DNA of 64,000 nt from Rhizaria sp. SCN 62-66 (Eukaryota), in assembly GCA_001724265.1 (NCBI GenBank), contig MEDY01000135.1, forward strand, positions 1-64,000, given 5' to 3'. The notes below the pieces were generated by a model. The model ran no database searches and was not told the DNA's origin. It worked only from the letters and a program-made list of their open reading frames with translations. Positions 1 to 12,607 of this stretch are shown here, piece after piece; the stretch's first letter is position 1; every line of letters begins with the position of its first letter. The position numbers were made by a program, and so were the translations under genes.

Positions 1-1824
1 GCCGCCGCGGCTGCCGCGGCCAAGGCCGAGGCGCGGGCCGGCCGCGTCGCCGCGTTCGGCGTGTCGCCCGCCGACATCGACGCCGCTGCTGCCGCCGCCG
101 CGGCGGCCGCCGAGGCCGCCGCCAGGGCCGCCGCGGAGGCCGCCGACGCGGAGGCGCGGGCGCAGCTCCTCGCTCGCAAACCTGGCAACGCCATCAACAG
201 CAATGGTAGCGGCAACGGCGCTGACAGCGACGGCTCCGTCGGCCCTGGCACTGGCACTGGTAACGGCCACGGCGGGAGTACAAGTGACTGTGAACGCGAC
301 GCTGCGGGCCGCGCGCTGGGCGGGGGCGTGACCGCGACGCCTTTCGGCCCCGGCTCCGGGCTTGACGGCGGCCGCGGCGACAGCAGCGACAGCGACGCCG
401 ATTGGAGCGGGCTCGACCCGAGCGCCGGCGCTGACGACGCGGGCGCTGGTAACGATGCGGTGCTGGCCGTGCTGGACGACATTGCGGCCGCCGCGGCGAC
501 GGGGCTGCTGCCGCACAACATCCGCTTTGCGCCGGGGCCCGCGCCATGGCCGCGCAGACTGGCCTACCCCTGGCGCTCGGCGGGGCCCGCGGCCGTGGCG
601 CTCGTCCCCGCTGAGAAGGAGAAGGCCGGCTCCAGCACTGGTGTTGGCGGTGGCGATGACGGCGAAGCGGGGTCGGGGATGCGGCTGGTGGGCGCGCCGA
701 TGTGCACGCTGTTCGGGCACCATCACAGCCACGAGAACGGTCGGCCCTGCAGCCAGTATCAGAACGACTGCAGCACCGGTAGCACGCTCGCTGATAAGGC
801 GCACGTGCATGAGCATGGCGCGGGAATGAAGCAGATTAAGCCGCTTCCTGTCGAAATCAAGCCAGCTGCCGCTGGAGATAAGTCGCAACTGAATTGGGAG
901 CACGGCGCTGGTGGCGGCAGCGGCAGTTTAAACGGCATCAGCGCCGGCGCCAGTGCTCGTGGTGACGGCAGCCTCAGCGCGCGCAGTGGCAACGTGTCTT
1001 TTACGGGTCACCCGAGCGCGCCTGCTCGCCCCGCCACGGTCCGCCCCCGGCCCCCCTCTGCGGCCGCGCCAGGCGTCAGTGCAACGGCAGCGCGTGATCG
1101 TGAGCGCGAGCGTGTGACGGTGATGGTGGGCCCGGCACTCACAGTCCCCCGCACGGGCGGCTTAGCTTTGGACACGGTGCCCTCCGCGGCCGAGGTGGCG
1201 CGAGACACGGCGCCGCCCGCGGTGCCAGTCATAGTCGCTGTGCCGGCCACAAAGAAGAGCCAGAGCCAGTACTCGGCCCTCAATCTCAGCCAAGGCCAGA
1301 GCCGCCGACCGCTGACGGCCCGGTCGCGCGGCTCAACACAGTCCGCGTCTGTTGCCATGACAGCCACAACAACAACACCAGCAGCAGCAGGGGCAGGAAC
1401 GGGAACTCTGGCGACAGCAACAGCGGCATCAGCGGCGACTGCGGCGGCGTTGGGCTCGAGCCGCAGGCAGCGCGGGGCGGCGCCGGCGGGAGCTCTGGCC
1501 GCGGAGCTCGCCGCAGTTGCGCATTCCACGACTGCAGGTGCAACTGCGGGGTTCACAGCAACGGCGACAAGTGCCCCATTAGGCGTGACTATGCTTTCGA
1601 CTGCGAGTGCAAGTATTGGAGCCGCTGGTATCCGAGGCAGTGATGATGATGGTGCGGTCAAGGCAGGGACGGAGTCAAGTGTAGAGAACGGGATCAGCAG
1701 CTCGAATGCTGACTCTAGCAGTGTAAAAGTGAGCAGTGGTTTAGACGGTGGTGGTGTTGATGCAACTCCAGTTGCACCACAGCCACTTGCAGAGTCTCAG
1801 CCAGACTCACATGAACAGTGTTAA
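1..1824 (+). CDS. 3' part of an uncharacterised low-complexity (Ala/Gly/Ser-rich) protein; 5' end lies outside the window
   Basis: Frame 1 is open from base 1 to TAA at 1822-1824, is GC-rich with coding-like codon use, and is followed by an abrupt AT-rich spacer. No recognisable domain. Confidence 0.75.
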   Translation, partial: AAAAAAAKAEARAGRVAAFGVSPADIDAAAAAAAAAAEAAARAAAEAADAEARAQLLARKPGNAINSNGSGNGADSDGSVGPGTGTGNGHGGSTSDCERDAAGRALGGGVTATPFGPGSGLDGGRGDSSDSDADWSGLDPSAGADDAGAGNDAVLAVLDDIAAAAATGLLPHNIRFAPGPAPWPRRLAYPWRSAGPAAVALVPAEKEKAGSSTGVGGGDDGEAGSGMRLVGAPMCTLFGHHHSHENGRPCSQYQNDCSTGSTLADKAHVHEHGAGMKQIKPLPVEIKPAAAGDKSQLNWEHGAGGGSGSLNGISAGASARGDGSLSARSGNVSFTGHPSAPARPATVRPRPPSAAAPGVSATAARDRERERVTVMVGPALTVPRTGGLALDTVPSAAEVARDTAPPAVPVIVAVPATKKSQSQYSALNLSQGQSRRPLTARSRGSTQSASVAMTATTTTPAAAGAGTGTLATATAASAATAAALGSSRRQRGAAPAGALAAELAAVAHSTTAGATAGFTATATSAPLGVTMLSTASASIGAAGIRGSDDDGAVKAGTESSVENGISSSNADSSSVKVSSGLDGGGVDATPVAPQPLAESQPDSHEQC

Positions 1825-1973
1825 ATGCAAAAATAATGGCAGTGACCGTTTAAATACTATTTTAGTGACAGCGACATAAGTGTGTCGATGTTGAAACAGA
1901 CGTTACATTAGTTTAAATTGCTTATGATCCAAGTGATTTTCAAGAATACACAAGATTTTATTCGTTAAATATG

Positions 1974-2001
1974 ATATTGAATTCGCTATATTGAATTCGC
2001 T
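1974..2001. repeat. 14-bp perfect tandem duplication (ATATTGAATTCGCT x2) in the spacer between convergent genes
   Basis: Read directly: 1974-1987 equals 1988-2001. Confidence 0.85.
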
Positions 2002-2063
2002 ATGTAAAGAAAATCTGCTAGATAAAATTGAATGAGCTTGCGCAACAACAGAGTACGTATCAG

Positions 2064-3884
2064 TTACTCGTCGCCAGCCTCGTCGTCATTCGGCTGTTGT
2101 GGTAACCACAAAGCAGTCGCCTCGCTGGCAACGCCGGCAAGCCCGCCAAAGCGCGCAGTCGAGCCTTGCGCAGCGCCGCTGTCGGCACTGTCGTCATCCT
2201 CAGTCTCAGCCCTATCCTCAGCGTCAGCACCACCAAAGCCGAAGTCATCGACATTATCGCCGTCAACCATCTGCCCATTGTCACCGCCACTGCCACTGTC
2301 AGTGTCGCTGTCGCTGTGTTCGCTGTCAGGCCCCCACAGCCAGTCCTCGTCGTCCTCCTCATCGTCGCTCCCGCCGTCACCGTCGTCGCCGTGGTCACCG
2401 CGCCGCTGCCCCTTGCGCGGGCCCGGCCGGCCCAGCAGCGCCGCGGCAAGCCCCGGGCGCAGCATCTGCGCTGCAGGCGCGGGCCGCACCGCCACCCGCG
2501 CCTGCGCGCGCGCCGCGATCGTCGCGCTGTCAACCACACCGCTTGCACCGGCACTGGCACCGGCACCGAATGAAGCGCTGGTTGGCGCAGAGAGGGCGCG
2601 GCGAGCGGCGGCGACGGCGGCCAGCAGCACGGAGTCGGGGCCGGCGCCGGGCGCGGAGGCGGCGTCGGCGAGCGCGGACTGGTGCAGGCGCAGCAGGCGC
2701 GCGACCTCGCGCTCTTCTTCCTCGACGTAAGGGTCGCCAGTACCGTCGCCGTTGCTCGAGGCAGTAGCACCAGCTGGGGCGCTGGCAGAGTCACTGGCCG
2801 CGGTCGCTGCGCTAGTCGTTGCGCCGCTAGTTGTGACAGATGCATCGGTACTGGCAGCACTGACGTTCTCAATGATGGAAGATGCGCTCGCGTGTGCGTC
2901 GCTGACGAGCTGTACGTCGGCATCTTGTAGTCCAGGCTGTTTCTGCTGCAACGGTTGCAGGCGCGCGCGCTCCTGGCGCAGCACAAAGCGCACCGCGTCC
3001 GCGCAGTCCTGCGCAATGCGGCGCGCGCGGGCAGCCACGGCGGGCCGCGGCACTCGGGCGACGTGGCGCAACCACTCGTCCTGTGGACTCAGAAGAACAA
3101 GACGAATACAGACAGATAAACACAGTATAAGCGCATTCAAGTATATAAATTTAAAGATATACTAGATAAATAACATTATGGTATGATTAAGACATGTTAC
3201 TTCCGATACAAATCCAGTGCACGAACACATTGCTGATATGGAAGTTGTGATTCATCGTACCCAGTTGGCGACAGTAGGCGCCGAGGCCTTGTAGGCGAGA
3301 ACCCAGTCCTCCGCCACGGCCGCAAACCGCGTGCGCAGCAGCACCACTAGTACAGCCGGGCCGAGGATGCCTGTGTCCTTCGCACTCGCACTCTGGCTAG
3401 TACTCAGCGCAGAACCAGAGCCTGCAGACGACATGCTCTCCGCTGCTGCGATCGCGCCGACAGCGAAGGCCGATGCGCTGGGGCCTGCAGCAGGGGGCGC
3501 GCAACCACACAGCGTAGCGAGGGACTGAAGCCGCGGTAGCGAGCCGAGCCAGAAGAGCCTGAACGCGGCGCTGCGGTGGCAGAGCTCGTGGATCAAGTGA
3601 AGCGACAGCAGCCGCGTCTTGGCTTGCCGCGACTGCAGGCGCGAGAGAGCGAGCTCGGCGGCAACCGTCGCGCGGTCATCGGTGGCAGATAGTGCAGCAT
3701 AGCCGTGTGGTGCAACAGCCGATGTCGATGATGCCGACGGGTGGGGGATGCCATGACGAACAAGGCTCTTGACTAGCTTGAGCGCCGCGGGGGCTACATA
3801 CGTGTCGAACTCGGCGGTGTGCTTCGTTGCCTCTGTGACGGCGTCAGCCAACCTCTGGCGAATCCTTAGCGCGTCGTCGGCCAT
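2064..3884 (-). CDS. UVSSA: UVSSA-like protein (N-terminal VHS-like domain plus acidic tail), about 546 aa, 2 exons (3884-3261, 3080-2064)
   Basis: The intron 3260-3081 (GTACGA..CACAG) joins the two ORFs in frame. LKLVKSLVR..LALSRLQSRQAKTRLLSLHLIHELCHRSAAFR..LRTRFAAVAEDWVLAY..WLRHVARV resembles the N-terminal domain of UV-stimulated scaffold protein A. Ends in TAA. Confidence 0.65.
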
Positions 3885-4465
3885 GCGCAGAGAGCGACGC
3901 GAGATGCGCGCGTTGATATGACACTCGGGGAGTGAAGAGGGGGAGAGTCTTCAAGTCTCGCCGAAGGCGATGTCAGGCTCTGTGAGCCAGATATCACAAT
4001 ATATCAATCGTCAATTGCAATTATAAAACATCTACACGTATCATATATTCGTTTATACAACATACTTCATTTGTGTTACGATAGAAGCAGACCTTGCAGA
4101 TGTGGATGTTACGATAGACTCATTTCACTTGGCGCGTCGCAACAGTGCAGGCAACGGTCGAGACGAGTGGTGCTTTAAAAGCGGCATATCCCGCCATATC
4201 TACATCGTAGACTCGTCTGATATCGATGCTCTCGAATTGAATCTGTAGACTTTGACTCATATTTTAAATCACATTTCCAAACAAGTGCTCGCTGTGTGGC
4301 GTATCTCGCATGCAAAAACTGGACTCGTCACTCCATTTGATTTTTGCTTCGTCATCGTTTGCCATGCATCACCTTACTCTCCCATCTTTACATGTCCATA
4401 CACCACATGGCTAACAGTGCGATTTACGTTGTTTTCCTTGCTCTTGCTATCTTTTTCAGTCCCGA

Positions 4466-7400
4466 ATGAGTGAGCCCGAGGGCGGCGGCGCGGCCGCGCC
4501 CCCCGCACACTCCCAAGAGAAGCTCATGCTTCTCATCACTCGTCTGCGCGAGCGTCTGCAGGAGACCGAGCAGGCCCGCGACGCCGCGCTTGCGGAGAAG
4601 GACACTCTCTCCACGCAGAACGAGAAGTTGATGAAAATTGTTCCCGCAGTCAAGGCCAAGCTTGAGGAGACCCTCGCAGCGAAACAGGCCGCCGACGCCG
4701 CGCGCGCCGACGCCGAGGCCGCCCGCGACGCCGCGCTCGCCTCCGCCGCCGCGCCTGCGGCTGCGCCCGCCGTGGACACTGACGCTCTTGCTGCTGACGC
4801 TCTTGCTGCGGCCCGCGCCGACTGGGAGACCCAGCAGCAGACATTGCTCGCTGCTGCACGCGCTGAGGCCGAGGCCGCCACCGCCGCCGCTGTCGCTGCC
4901 GCCGTTGCAGCCGCTGTCGCCGCCGCCAAGACCGAGGCTGAGGCCGCTGCTGAATCCTAGGCCGCGGCGTGGGGTGCGAAGCTTGCCGCGCAGGTTGAGC
5001 TTATGGAGTCGTTGAAGACGCAGCTATCCGAGCTCGAAAGCTCTATGGCCGCCGCCAAGGCTGCCACCGCCTCCGCCGCCGCCGAGGCCGAGTCCGCGGC
5101 CATGGCCGCCGCTCAAGCCGAGGTCTCCGAGGCGCGCGCCGCGCTGGCTGAGGCCACTGCGGCGCTGTCCGCCGCGCAGGCCGACGCTGCTGAGGCCAAG
5201 GCCGCTGCCGCCGAGGCCAAGGCTGCCTCGGCCGAGGCTGTGGCCGCCGCGAGCGCCGGCCAGGCCGCCAGCTCGGACGCCGCTGCGGCGCTATCTGCGG
5301 CCGCCGCTGAGACTGCGGAGGCCCAGGCCGACGCTGCAGAGGCCCGTGCTGAGGCTGCCGAGGCCGCCGCGGCGCTGACTGAGGCTGAGGCCGCCGCTGC
5401 TGAGGCCAAGGCTGCTGCCAATGACGCCGTTGCTGCCGCCAAGGCTGACACCGAGGTCGCGAAGGCTGCTGCTGACGCCGCAAAGGCCGAGGCTGCTGCT
5501 GCGCGCGACGACGCTTTCCAGGCGCGCGAGGAAGCCGCCGGAGCGCGCGCAAAGGTGACTGCGGCGCTCGCCGAGGCCGACGCGGCGCGCAACGAGGCCG
5601 AGGCCCTCAAGGAAGCCGCCACCGCGCGCGCCGTCGCCGCTGCGGAGGCCGGCGAGGCGGGCGCTGAGGCTACGGCCGCCGCTGAGGCTGAGGCCGCTGC
5701 TGCCAAGGCCGAGGCTGCCGCCGCGAAGGCCGTTGCCGAGGCCGCCAAGGCTGATGTCGCTGCCGCTGAGGAGGACGCCGCGTTTGCCAAGGCGGCCGCT
5801 GCCGCCGCTGAGGCCGCCACCGCTGCCGCTGAGGCCGCTGCCGCTGATGCCAAGGCCGCCGCTGCCGAGTTTGAAGCCAAGGCTGAGGCCGCCGAGTCCA
5901 AGGCGGCTGCCGCCGCGAGCGAGGTTGCTGTCGCCGAGGCCAAGGCCGCCGATGCCGAGGCCAGGACCGCCGATGCCGAGGCCCGCGCCGCCAGCGCCGA
6001 GTGCGAGGCGAGTCTGGCCCGCGAGCAGGCCGCCGCCGCCGCCGCCGCCGCCGCCAATGGTGACTCGACCGCCGCGGAGCTTGTCGCCGCGCAGGCCGAG
6101 GCCGCGGCGGCCCGCAGCGAGGCCGCCGCGGCCAAGGCCGAGACGGAGAGCGCAAAGGCCGACGCCGAGGCCGCCAAGAACGAGGTTCAGAGCGTCAAGG
6201 CTGAGAGCGAGAGTGTCAAGGCTGAGGCTGAGGCCGCGAAGACCAAGGCTGCTGAGGCCGAGGCCAAGGCTGCTGAGGCTGAAGCCAAGGCTGCTGAGGC
6301 TGAAGCCAAGGCTGCCACGACCGAGTCCGAGGCCGCCAGCGCGCGTGCCGCTGTTGCTGCCGCTGAGTTTGCGTCCGCGACCGCCGAGGCCGCCGCTGTC
6401 GCCGCGCAGTCCGAGGCCGAGGCTGCGCGCGCGCAGGCCGCTGCCGCCGCGGCGGCTACTGAGGGCGACGCGTCGGCTGCAGCCGCGCTTGCTGCTGAGG
6501 CTCAGGCTGAGGCTGCGGCCGCCAAGACTGAGGCTGCCGCGGCTAAGTCCGAGGCCGCCGCGGCCAAGGCTGAGGCTGCTGCCGCCAAGGCTGAAGCGGA
6601 TGCTGCTAAGGCCGAGGCTGAGGCTGCCAGTGAGGCTACTGCGGCCGCGACAGCTGCTGCGGAGGCCGAGGCAGCTGATGCCAAGGCTGAGGCTGCCGCT
6701 GCCCGGGACGCCGCTGCCGCCGCCGAAGCCGCCGCTGCCGCTGCCACAGCCGCTGCCACCGCGGCCCAGTCCGAGGCCGACGCTGCGAACGTCCGCGCTG
6801 AGAGGTTCGAGGCCGCCGCTGCGGAGGCACGCGCACAGGCCGCCGCAGCCGCGGAGGCGAGCGGCGACGCGACCGCAGCCGCGCTCGCCGCCGCTGAGGC
6901 ACGCGCTGCTGCTGCGGAGGCCGCGGCCGGGACGGCGGAGGCTACTGCTACACAACTCAAGACTGCTGCTGCGGACGCTAAGGCAGAGGCTGAGGCTGCG
7001 GCCGCAGAGACTGCTGCTGCCAAGGCTGAGGCTGCTGCCGCCAAGGCTAAGGCTGCTGACGCCGAGACCGAGGCTGCTGCCGCGAAGGACGCTGCCGCTG
7101 CCGCGACCGCTGCTGCTGAGGCTGCAAAGGCTACTGCTGCCGCCGCTACGTCTGCGGCCTCTGCGGGCGACAGCGATGGCACCGCCGCGGCCGCAGAGGC
7201 GTCCGAGCGCGCCGAGCGCCTGCAGACGCAGGTGACGGAGACGACTGATAAGCTCAAGAAGGTGTTCGAGATGCTCAAGGCCGAGCGCGCGCGCACAGGG
7301 GAGCTGCAGGCGGACATCGAGACCAAGGCGGCGGCGCTGGCCGAGGCCGACGCGACGATCAAGAAGAAGGACCGCCGGCTGGCGAAGCTGGAGGAGCGCG

Positions 7401-9179
7401 CGACCGAGGTGCTGAGCCAGCAGCACGACTCGGCGCAGGGCGCGGCGGCCGAGGCGGCGGCCGAAACGACCCGGCTCAAGACGCAGGTCGCCGAGCTCAC
7501 TGCGCGGCTCGCCACGCAGGAGCGCGCGCGTGCCGTGTCCGAGTCGATCGGCCGCGAGATGCAGCAGCAGCTGCAGGAGAACAAGGAGCTCCGCCGCCGG
7601 CTCGAGGTCGAGCGCGCCGCGCACGAGGCCGCCATTGCCGGACAGGTACGCCAGAGAAACGCGACATGAAAGCAAGATATTTGTTTGTATTCCTTACATC
7701 AAGACCTCCTATGTTTAAATGTACACTGTAATTTTTCTGCTGTTCCTCCTGTTCGATTGTCTCACCCAACGGCGTTTCATTCACATTTCTCCCGATTTTG
7801 CTTTGTTCTCGCTTCAGACGGAGGCTTCTGCCGCGCGCGCGGACGAGGCCCAACGCGAGGCTGAGGCGCGCGAGGCTGAGCTCGTCGAGGTCCTCCGCGA
7901 GGCCCGCGCCGCTGCGCACGCGGCCGAGGAGCGCGCGCGCGCCCTGGAGTCCGACGTGGCCTCCGCGCGCGCCGAGACCCGCGACGCGGCCGCGCGCGGC
8001 GAGCGCGCCGAGGCCGAGGCGCTGGCCCGCGCCGCGGAGGCCGAGGCCGAGGCGGCGGCGCAGGCGCGCGACGCCGCCGCAACGGCGGCAACGGTGGACG
8101 CGCTGACGGCGGAGCACAGCGTGCAGCTGCAGCAGGTGACGCAAGCGGCCGAGAGCCGCGTCGAGACGCTCCGGGCCGAGCTCGCCGCGCTGCGCAGGCA
8201 GACGGAGCAGCAGCAGCAGATGCAGCAGGCGCAGCAGCAGGACGCCGCCTTCCCGCGGCAGCAGCAGTCCGCGGCGACGGCGGACGGCAGCGGCGCCGGC
8301 AGTGACGCCCAGCAGTCGCAGCACAGCGGCGGCGCGAACAGTGGCGGCGCTGCGGCCGCGGCCGGGCTGGGCGACGCGGAGCTCTCGCTGCTGAGCGCGG
8401 TGCAGGCGCGGCGCGACGAGATGCTGCGTTCGCTGACGGACGAGCTGGCCTTCTGCAAGGGCAAGATGGCCGAATGGCGCGAGTCGATGGCGGAGCTGCA
8501 GCAGGAGCACGCAGCGGCGCGCGAGCAAGTGCGCCAGCTCACCGTGTCCCGCTCGCGCGCGGCCGTGGACCTGGACTACCTCAAGAACATCATGGTGCGC
8601 TACCTGCAGTTCGACCAGCTGGGCCTCGAGCCCGAGCGCCGCGCCATGGTGCCCGTGATCGCCAACATCTTGCAGTTCTCGCGCGAGGACTCGGCCGCCG
8701 TTGACGCCGCCGCGCGCGCCGCGCAGCAGCGCGGGTGGGGCGCCTGGCTGGGCGACGCCGTGGCCAACTTCGTGCCCGACAACCTGCTCCCGCTGGCGGG
8801 CATCCCGCCCCCGCCGTCTGGCTCCTCCGCAGTCTCCAAGGCCGAGGACGAGGCGGGCTCCACCGGCGCCGGCGGTGGGCTTCACCACGGCAGCATCGGC
8901 GGCGCCGGTGCGACGGGCGCGGGTTTGGGGCCCGGGTCGCCGGCCAGCGGGCCCCTGAGCGCCGCCGCGGGCGCCGGGCCGGGCAAGATCGAGCTGGACC
9001 CGATGTCGAAGCTGCAGGCGCGCAACATGCAGCTCAAGCTCCAGGCCAAGAAAGAGGCCGCCGCTGCCGCCGCCGCCACCGAGGCTGCCGCTGCGGCTGT
9101 GTCGCCCGCCGCTGCGCCCGCGCCCGCGCCTGTGGCGACTGCAACGCCGTCCGGTGAGGCTGGGGCGGTGCAGGAGTGA
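4466..9179 (+). CDS. GRIP-domain golgin: long Ala/Glu-rich coiled coil with a C-terminal GRIP domain, about 1513 aa, exons 4466-7645 and 7818-9179, one in-frame TAG at 4958-4960
   Basis: ORFs 4466-4960 and 5003-7669 share a frame and are separated only by TAG. Intron 7646-7817 (GTACGC..TTCAG). GRIP motif VDLDYLKNIMVRYL..ERRAMVPVIANILQFSRED. Ends in TGA. Confidence 0.85.
4958..4960 (+). other. in-frame TAG, putative sense codon, in the golgin (AAES*AAAWG)
   Basis: GAA TCC TAG GCC GCG GCG TGG; coding-style sequence on both sides, no AT-rich intron nearby. Confidence 0.8.
6245..6313 (+). repeat. 21-nt coding tandem repeat (heptad KAAEAEA x3) within the golgin coiled coil
   Basis: AAGGCTGCTGAGGCYGARGCC repeated three times. 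Confidence 0.8.
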
Positions 9180-9762
9180 ACAATGTCGTTGCGTGTGAAT
9201 CACGAGCGTCAGAAACTGTGACTCTGAATAGGTCGACTTACACGGGATGACTCAGTGGATGGGTCTTTGAAGTAGGTTTTGAACTCAACGCATTGCACAC
9301 TACTAAAAGCCAGTAATCGCCCCAGTGTTTTTTATTTTCTGTGTCGCGCTCACAACTACAGTAGTGGCCACGAATGGCCTGTTCGTTCGACTTCTCACAA
9401 TGTTTACTGCTATCCTCATGCGAGTACTACCACTATGAATAATGTGAAATTCAATACAAATGCAATTAATTCAAAAGTTCGATGGGTGATTTGATCCAAT
9501 AATGTTAACATTGGTTTATTTCTAGCTTTGGTGTTCGGGTGACATGCAGGGTTGAAACAAGACCTTTGTGAATGCACAAAGTAGCGTCATGTTCAAGCAA
9601 CCAAACACAAACTGGCCTGTTTTGCTACATTACGTAACATGTGGTCAAAGTTTCAAGACTAGATAACAAAATTATCGCAGATTAATGCTTGTGTTTCCAG
9701 CAACAGCTTATTGTCATAGCATGAGGTGCAGCTGCAGTCTCAGCTTCATTGCTACGGCAGCC

Positions 9763-10434
9763 TCACTGGTGCTGGTGGCGGGCGCGCTTGTCGTCGCCGC
9801 GCTGCGGGGCGTCGGAGCTAAAGCGCTTCTGCTGCCCGCCCTTGTGCCCGTGCGCACCGTCGCCGTGCTTGTTGTTGTTGCCCTTGTGACCGTAACCGTG
9901 ACCGTGGCCGTGCGACTGCGCGCCGCGGACGCCCTCGTCGATGCCGTCCCTGTTCTGCTTGCCGGTCTTGCGGTGCGCGTCGAGCGTGCGCGCCATCTCG
10001 CCGGCCGTCACCGCGCCCGACTCGTGGTCGGCGACGTACGTCTCGGTCAGCTCCGCCATCGTCTTGGTCAGCGAGTTGTTGAAGCCGCCGAAGGAGCGGC
10101 GGCCCAGCCGCAGGCGAGAGACCTCGCCCGCCATCTCCGCGGTCGCTGCGTCCACCGTGCGCATGGATGAGTCCGCGGAGGACATGTCCATGCGGTCCAG
10201 AGAGGAAGAGGACGACGAAGCGGAGGACGCGGCGGCAGCAGCGGTGGAATTGGAGGAGGAGTTGGCTGACGGGGTCGTGGGGCCGTGGACGGAGGCGGGC
10301 GCGGCGGGGGCGCTCCACTTGGCCGCCGCAATGGTGGCGGTGCGCTCGGCCTCGAGCTTCTGAACGTTGAGCGTTTCCTCGCGGCGCTGCATGAACTTCA
10401 TGTTCGACAGACGCGACGACAGCAGCTTCGACAT
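9763..10434 (-). CDS. MPP6: M-phase phosphoprotein 6 (nuclear exosome cofactor MPP6)-like, about 223 aa
   Basis: The N-terminal LSSRLSNMKFMQR and central LGRRSFGGFN are the two hallmark MPP6 motifs. Ends in TGA. Confidence 0.8.
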   Translation of the reverse strand: MSKLLSSRLSNMKFMQRREETLNVQKLEAERTATIAAAKWSAPAAPASVHGPTTPSANSSSNSTAAAAASSASSSSSSLDRMDMSSADSSMRTVDAATAEMAGEVSRLRLGRRSFGGFNNSLTKTMAELTETYVADHESGAVTAGEMARTLDAHRKTGKQNRDGIDEGVRGAQSHGHGHGYGHKGNNNKHGDGAHGHKGGQQKRFSSDAPQRGDDKRARHQHQ

Positions 10435-11002
10435 GACTGGTGCGGACTGTGTGGAATAGAGCGGATAGAAGACCGGTTGAGTCAAACAGAATATATGATC
10501 GTGAGATTAGAGCATGATGTATCGGGAAATCCATTGCACGTAGCAGTTGACGGAAGTATGGATGACAGCGCGGCTTTTCCGTGCAGGCTTCTTGACGAGA
10601 CTTGGTTGTGGTTGCGGCGGCTTGTCTTCGTCCGAGCGTGGTCTCCTTGAGTAACGATTAGGATTTGTTTTGTTCATTTTCGACCTGATAACTCCGATGT
10701 CTCGACTAAACCTTCTGTTTCCAAATTTTTCAGTGTGACTTTTGCCTTGTCCGTTTATTATACTCCAGAAAACATATTAACTCCGACTGAATTCGTTCCT
10801 CAAAATTCGTGTTGTATGAGTCTTGGCGCGCTTACTGAAACCACTGTCTTCAACGCCCCTCACCGTCTTCCCCTTTGGGTATTTTCCGCGCTCTTCTTTG
10901 CTACCGAGCTGCTAGCAGACCTTTATTTTCCTCCTTTTTCCAACACTGCCCAGTTCCTGCTTGGCGTTTGTACCTGACGCCTGATCCCTCACCCCGCCCA
11001 TC

Positions 11003-12607
11003 ATGTCCTCCTCCACAGGAAACGTCTATCTGGTACGCTCCTTCGCCCATACTTTCTCCGATTCAACGCAAACTCCGCTCTCTGAACATTCTCTCCTTAC
11101 TCTATCAAATTAATCTTTTTATGCACTCCTCAACTCATTCTTTGCTGCGCAGGGCAACAAGTTCTACTTCGACACGGTGCGCGCACCCGCGTCGACGGGC
11201 CACGAGCGCTACCTGCCCACGCCCGTGCTGGGCGACCCGCGCCGCTTGGAGTACCCCTGGCGCGAAGACTACCAGGGCGAGCGCTTCCGCATGCAGCACC
11301 CCGAGCTGGCGAAGCCGTTCGTGGAGACTGCTGCCCCGACGCAGTGGGTGCACTCGCTCGACGGGACGCCGCTGCGCCTGGGCTTCTGCTCCGGGCTCAT
11401 CACCGAGGTCGGCCACAGCGTCATGTCGGGCTCCTTCCCCGACTACTCGCGCCCGCCGCCACGCGCCAAGGACAACTACGCGTACCAGGCGCTGCCGGCT
11501 GAGCCCCACCGCGAGGCCGACCCAGCCGGCTGCCCTACCTTCGGCTTCTTCCGCCGCCAGGCCAACAGCACCTACAACAACAGCAATAACAGCAGCAACG
11601 GTCACGGCCATGGCCATGCGGCCGCCACGGACGACAACGTCCCGCAGCAGTCCTCGCGCCGTCCCAGCGGCGCCGGTATCGCGCGCGCCACGACCCAGCG
11701 CGCCAGCTCCGTCTCTCGCCCCGTCAACAACAACGGCAACCACACCCATTGCAGCAACTTTGCTAGCGGCATGAACACGGTCCGCAGCGGCGCGCTGGGC
11801 CGCACCGCAACGGCGCGCCTCCCCGCGGCGGCCCACGGCCACTACCACGGCACCGCGGCGCTGGGCGGCGCGGGCGCGCACAGCCACTGCGCCGTGCCTC
11901 CCGCCGCTGCGGCCGCCGCTGCTGATGCCAACGACGGTTCGATCGCGGTCAGCATGCCGGGCTCCAAGCTCCCCGGCGCGACCGCGACGGCCGGCCTGCT
12001 GGCCCCGTTGTCGCGCACTGCCACTGGCCGCGCCTCCGCCGCCGCGGGCGCCCCCTCGGCGTCGTCCTCGGCGGCCTTCGCGGCGGCGGTGATCGCGCAG
12101 CACCGCGCGGGGTCGGGCGCCGACGACACGTACTATCGCCCGCAGTCGATTGAGCAGGCCAAAGCGACTGCGCCCGCGCTGGCCCGGCGCGCGCACCCCT
12201 CGGCGCGCGCCTTCCTGGCCCCGCGCGGCGTCGCCATGCGCGACCTCAACAGAGCCTCTGGCTCCAACCCCCTCGCTGCCCGTGAGTACAACGCCAGCAT
12301 CAACGCCAACGCCAGCGCTATGCACAGCAGCGGCGCGCTCGACCAAAGCGGCGGCGCGGGCGGCGCGACGGCCGGCCTGAACACCGGCGCGGGCGGCTTT
12401 GCGGCACCCGCGCGCACGGCTCTGCGCGCCGACGCGGCCCTGGGCGGCGCGCCCCTCGCAGGGACCGTGGGCAGCGCGCGCGGACTGCAGGTGGGGCAGG
12501 CCGCCGAGGGCTCGCTCTCCGGCTGCAAGCGCACGCGCCTCGAGGCCGCTACCACGGCCTATGGCGCCAGCTTCAACGCGCCCGCGCCCGGGCTGCACTA
12601 CCACTGA
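11003..12607 (+). CDS. uncharacterised protein, about 494 aa, exons 11003-11032 and 11153-12607
   Basis: ATG TCC TCC TCC ACA GGA AAC GTC TAT CTG|gtacgc..cgcag|GGC AAC AAG joins in frame to the 11177 ORF. About 150 N-terminal residues are complex, the rest low-complexity. Ends in TGA. Confidence 0.75.

Noticed and set aside
5043-9203. Long antisense and alternate-frame ORFs (for example 5291-7675 minus, 5733-7235 plus, and many similar ORFs across the window)
   Set aside because: Shadow ORFs caused by very high GC and repetitive Ala codons. They overlap better-supported genes and carry no recognisable domains.
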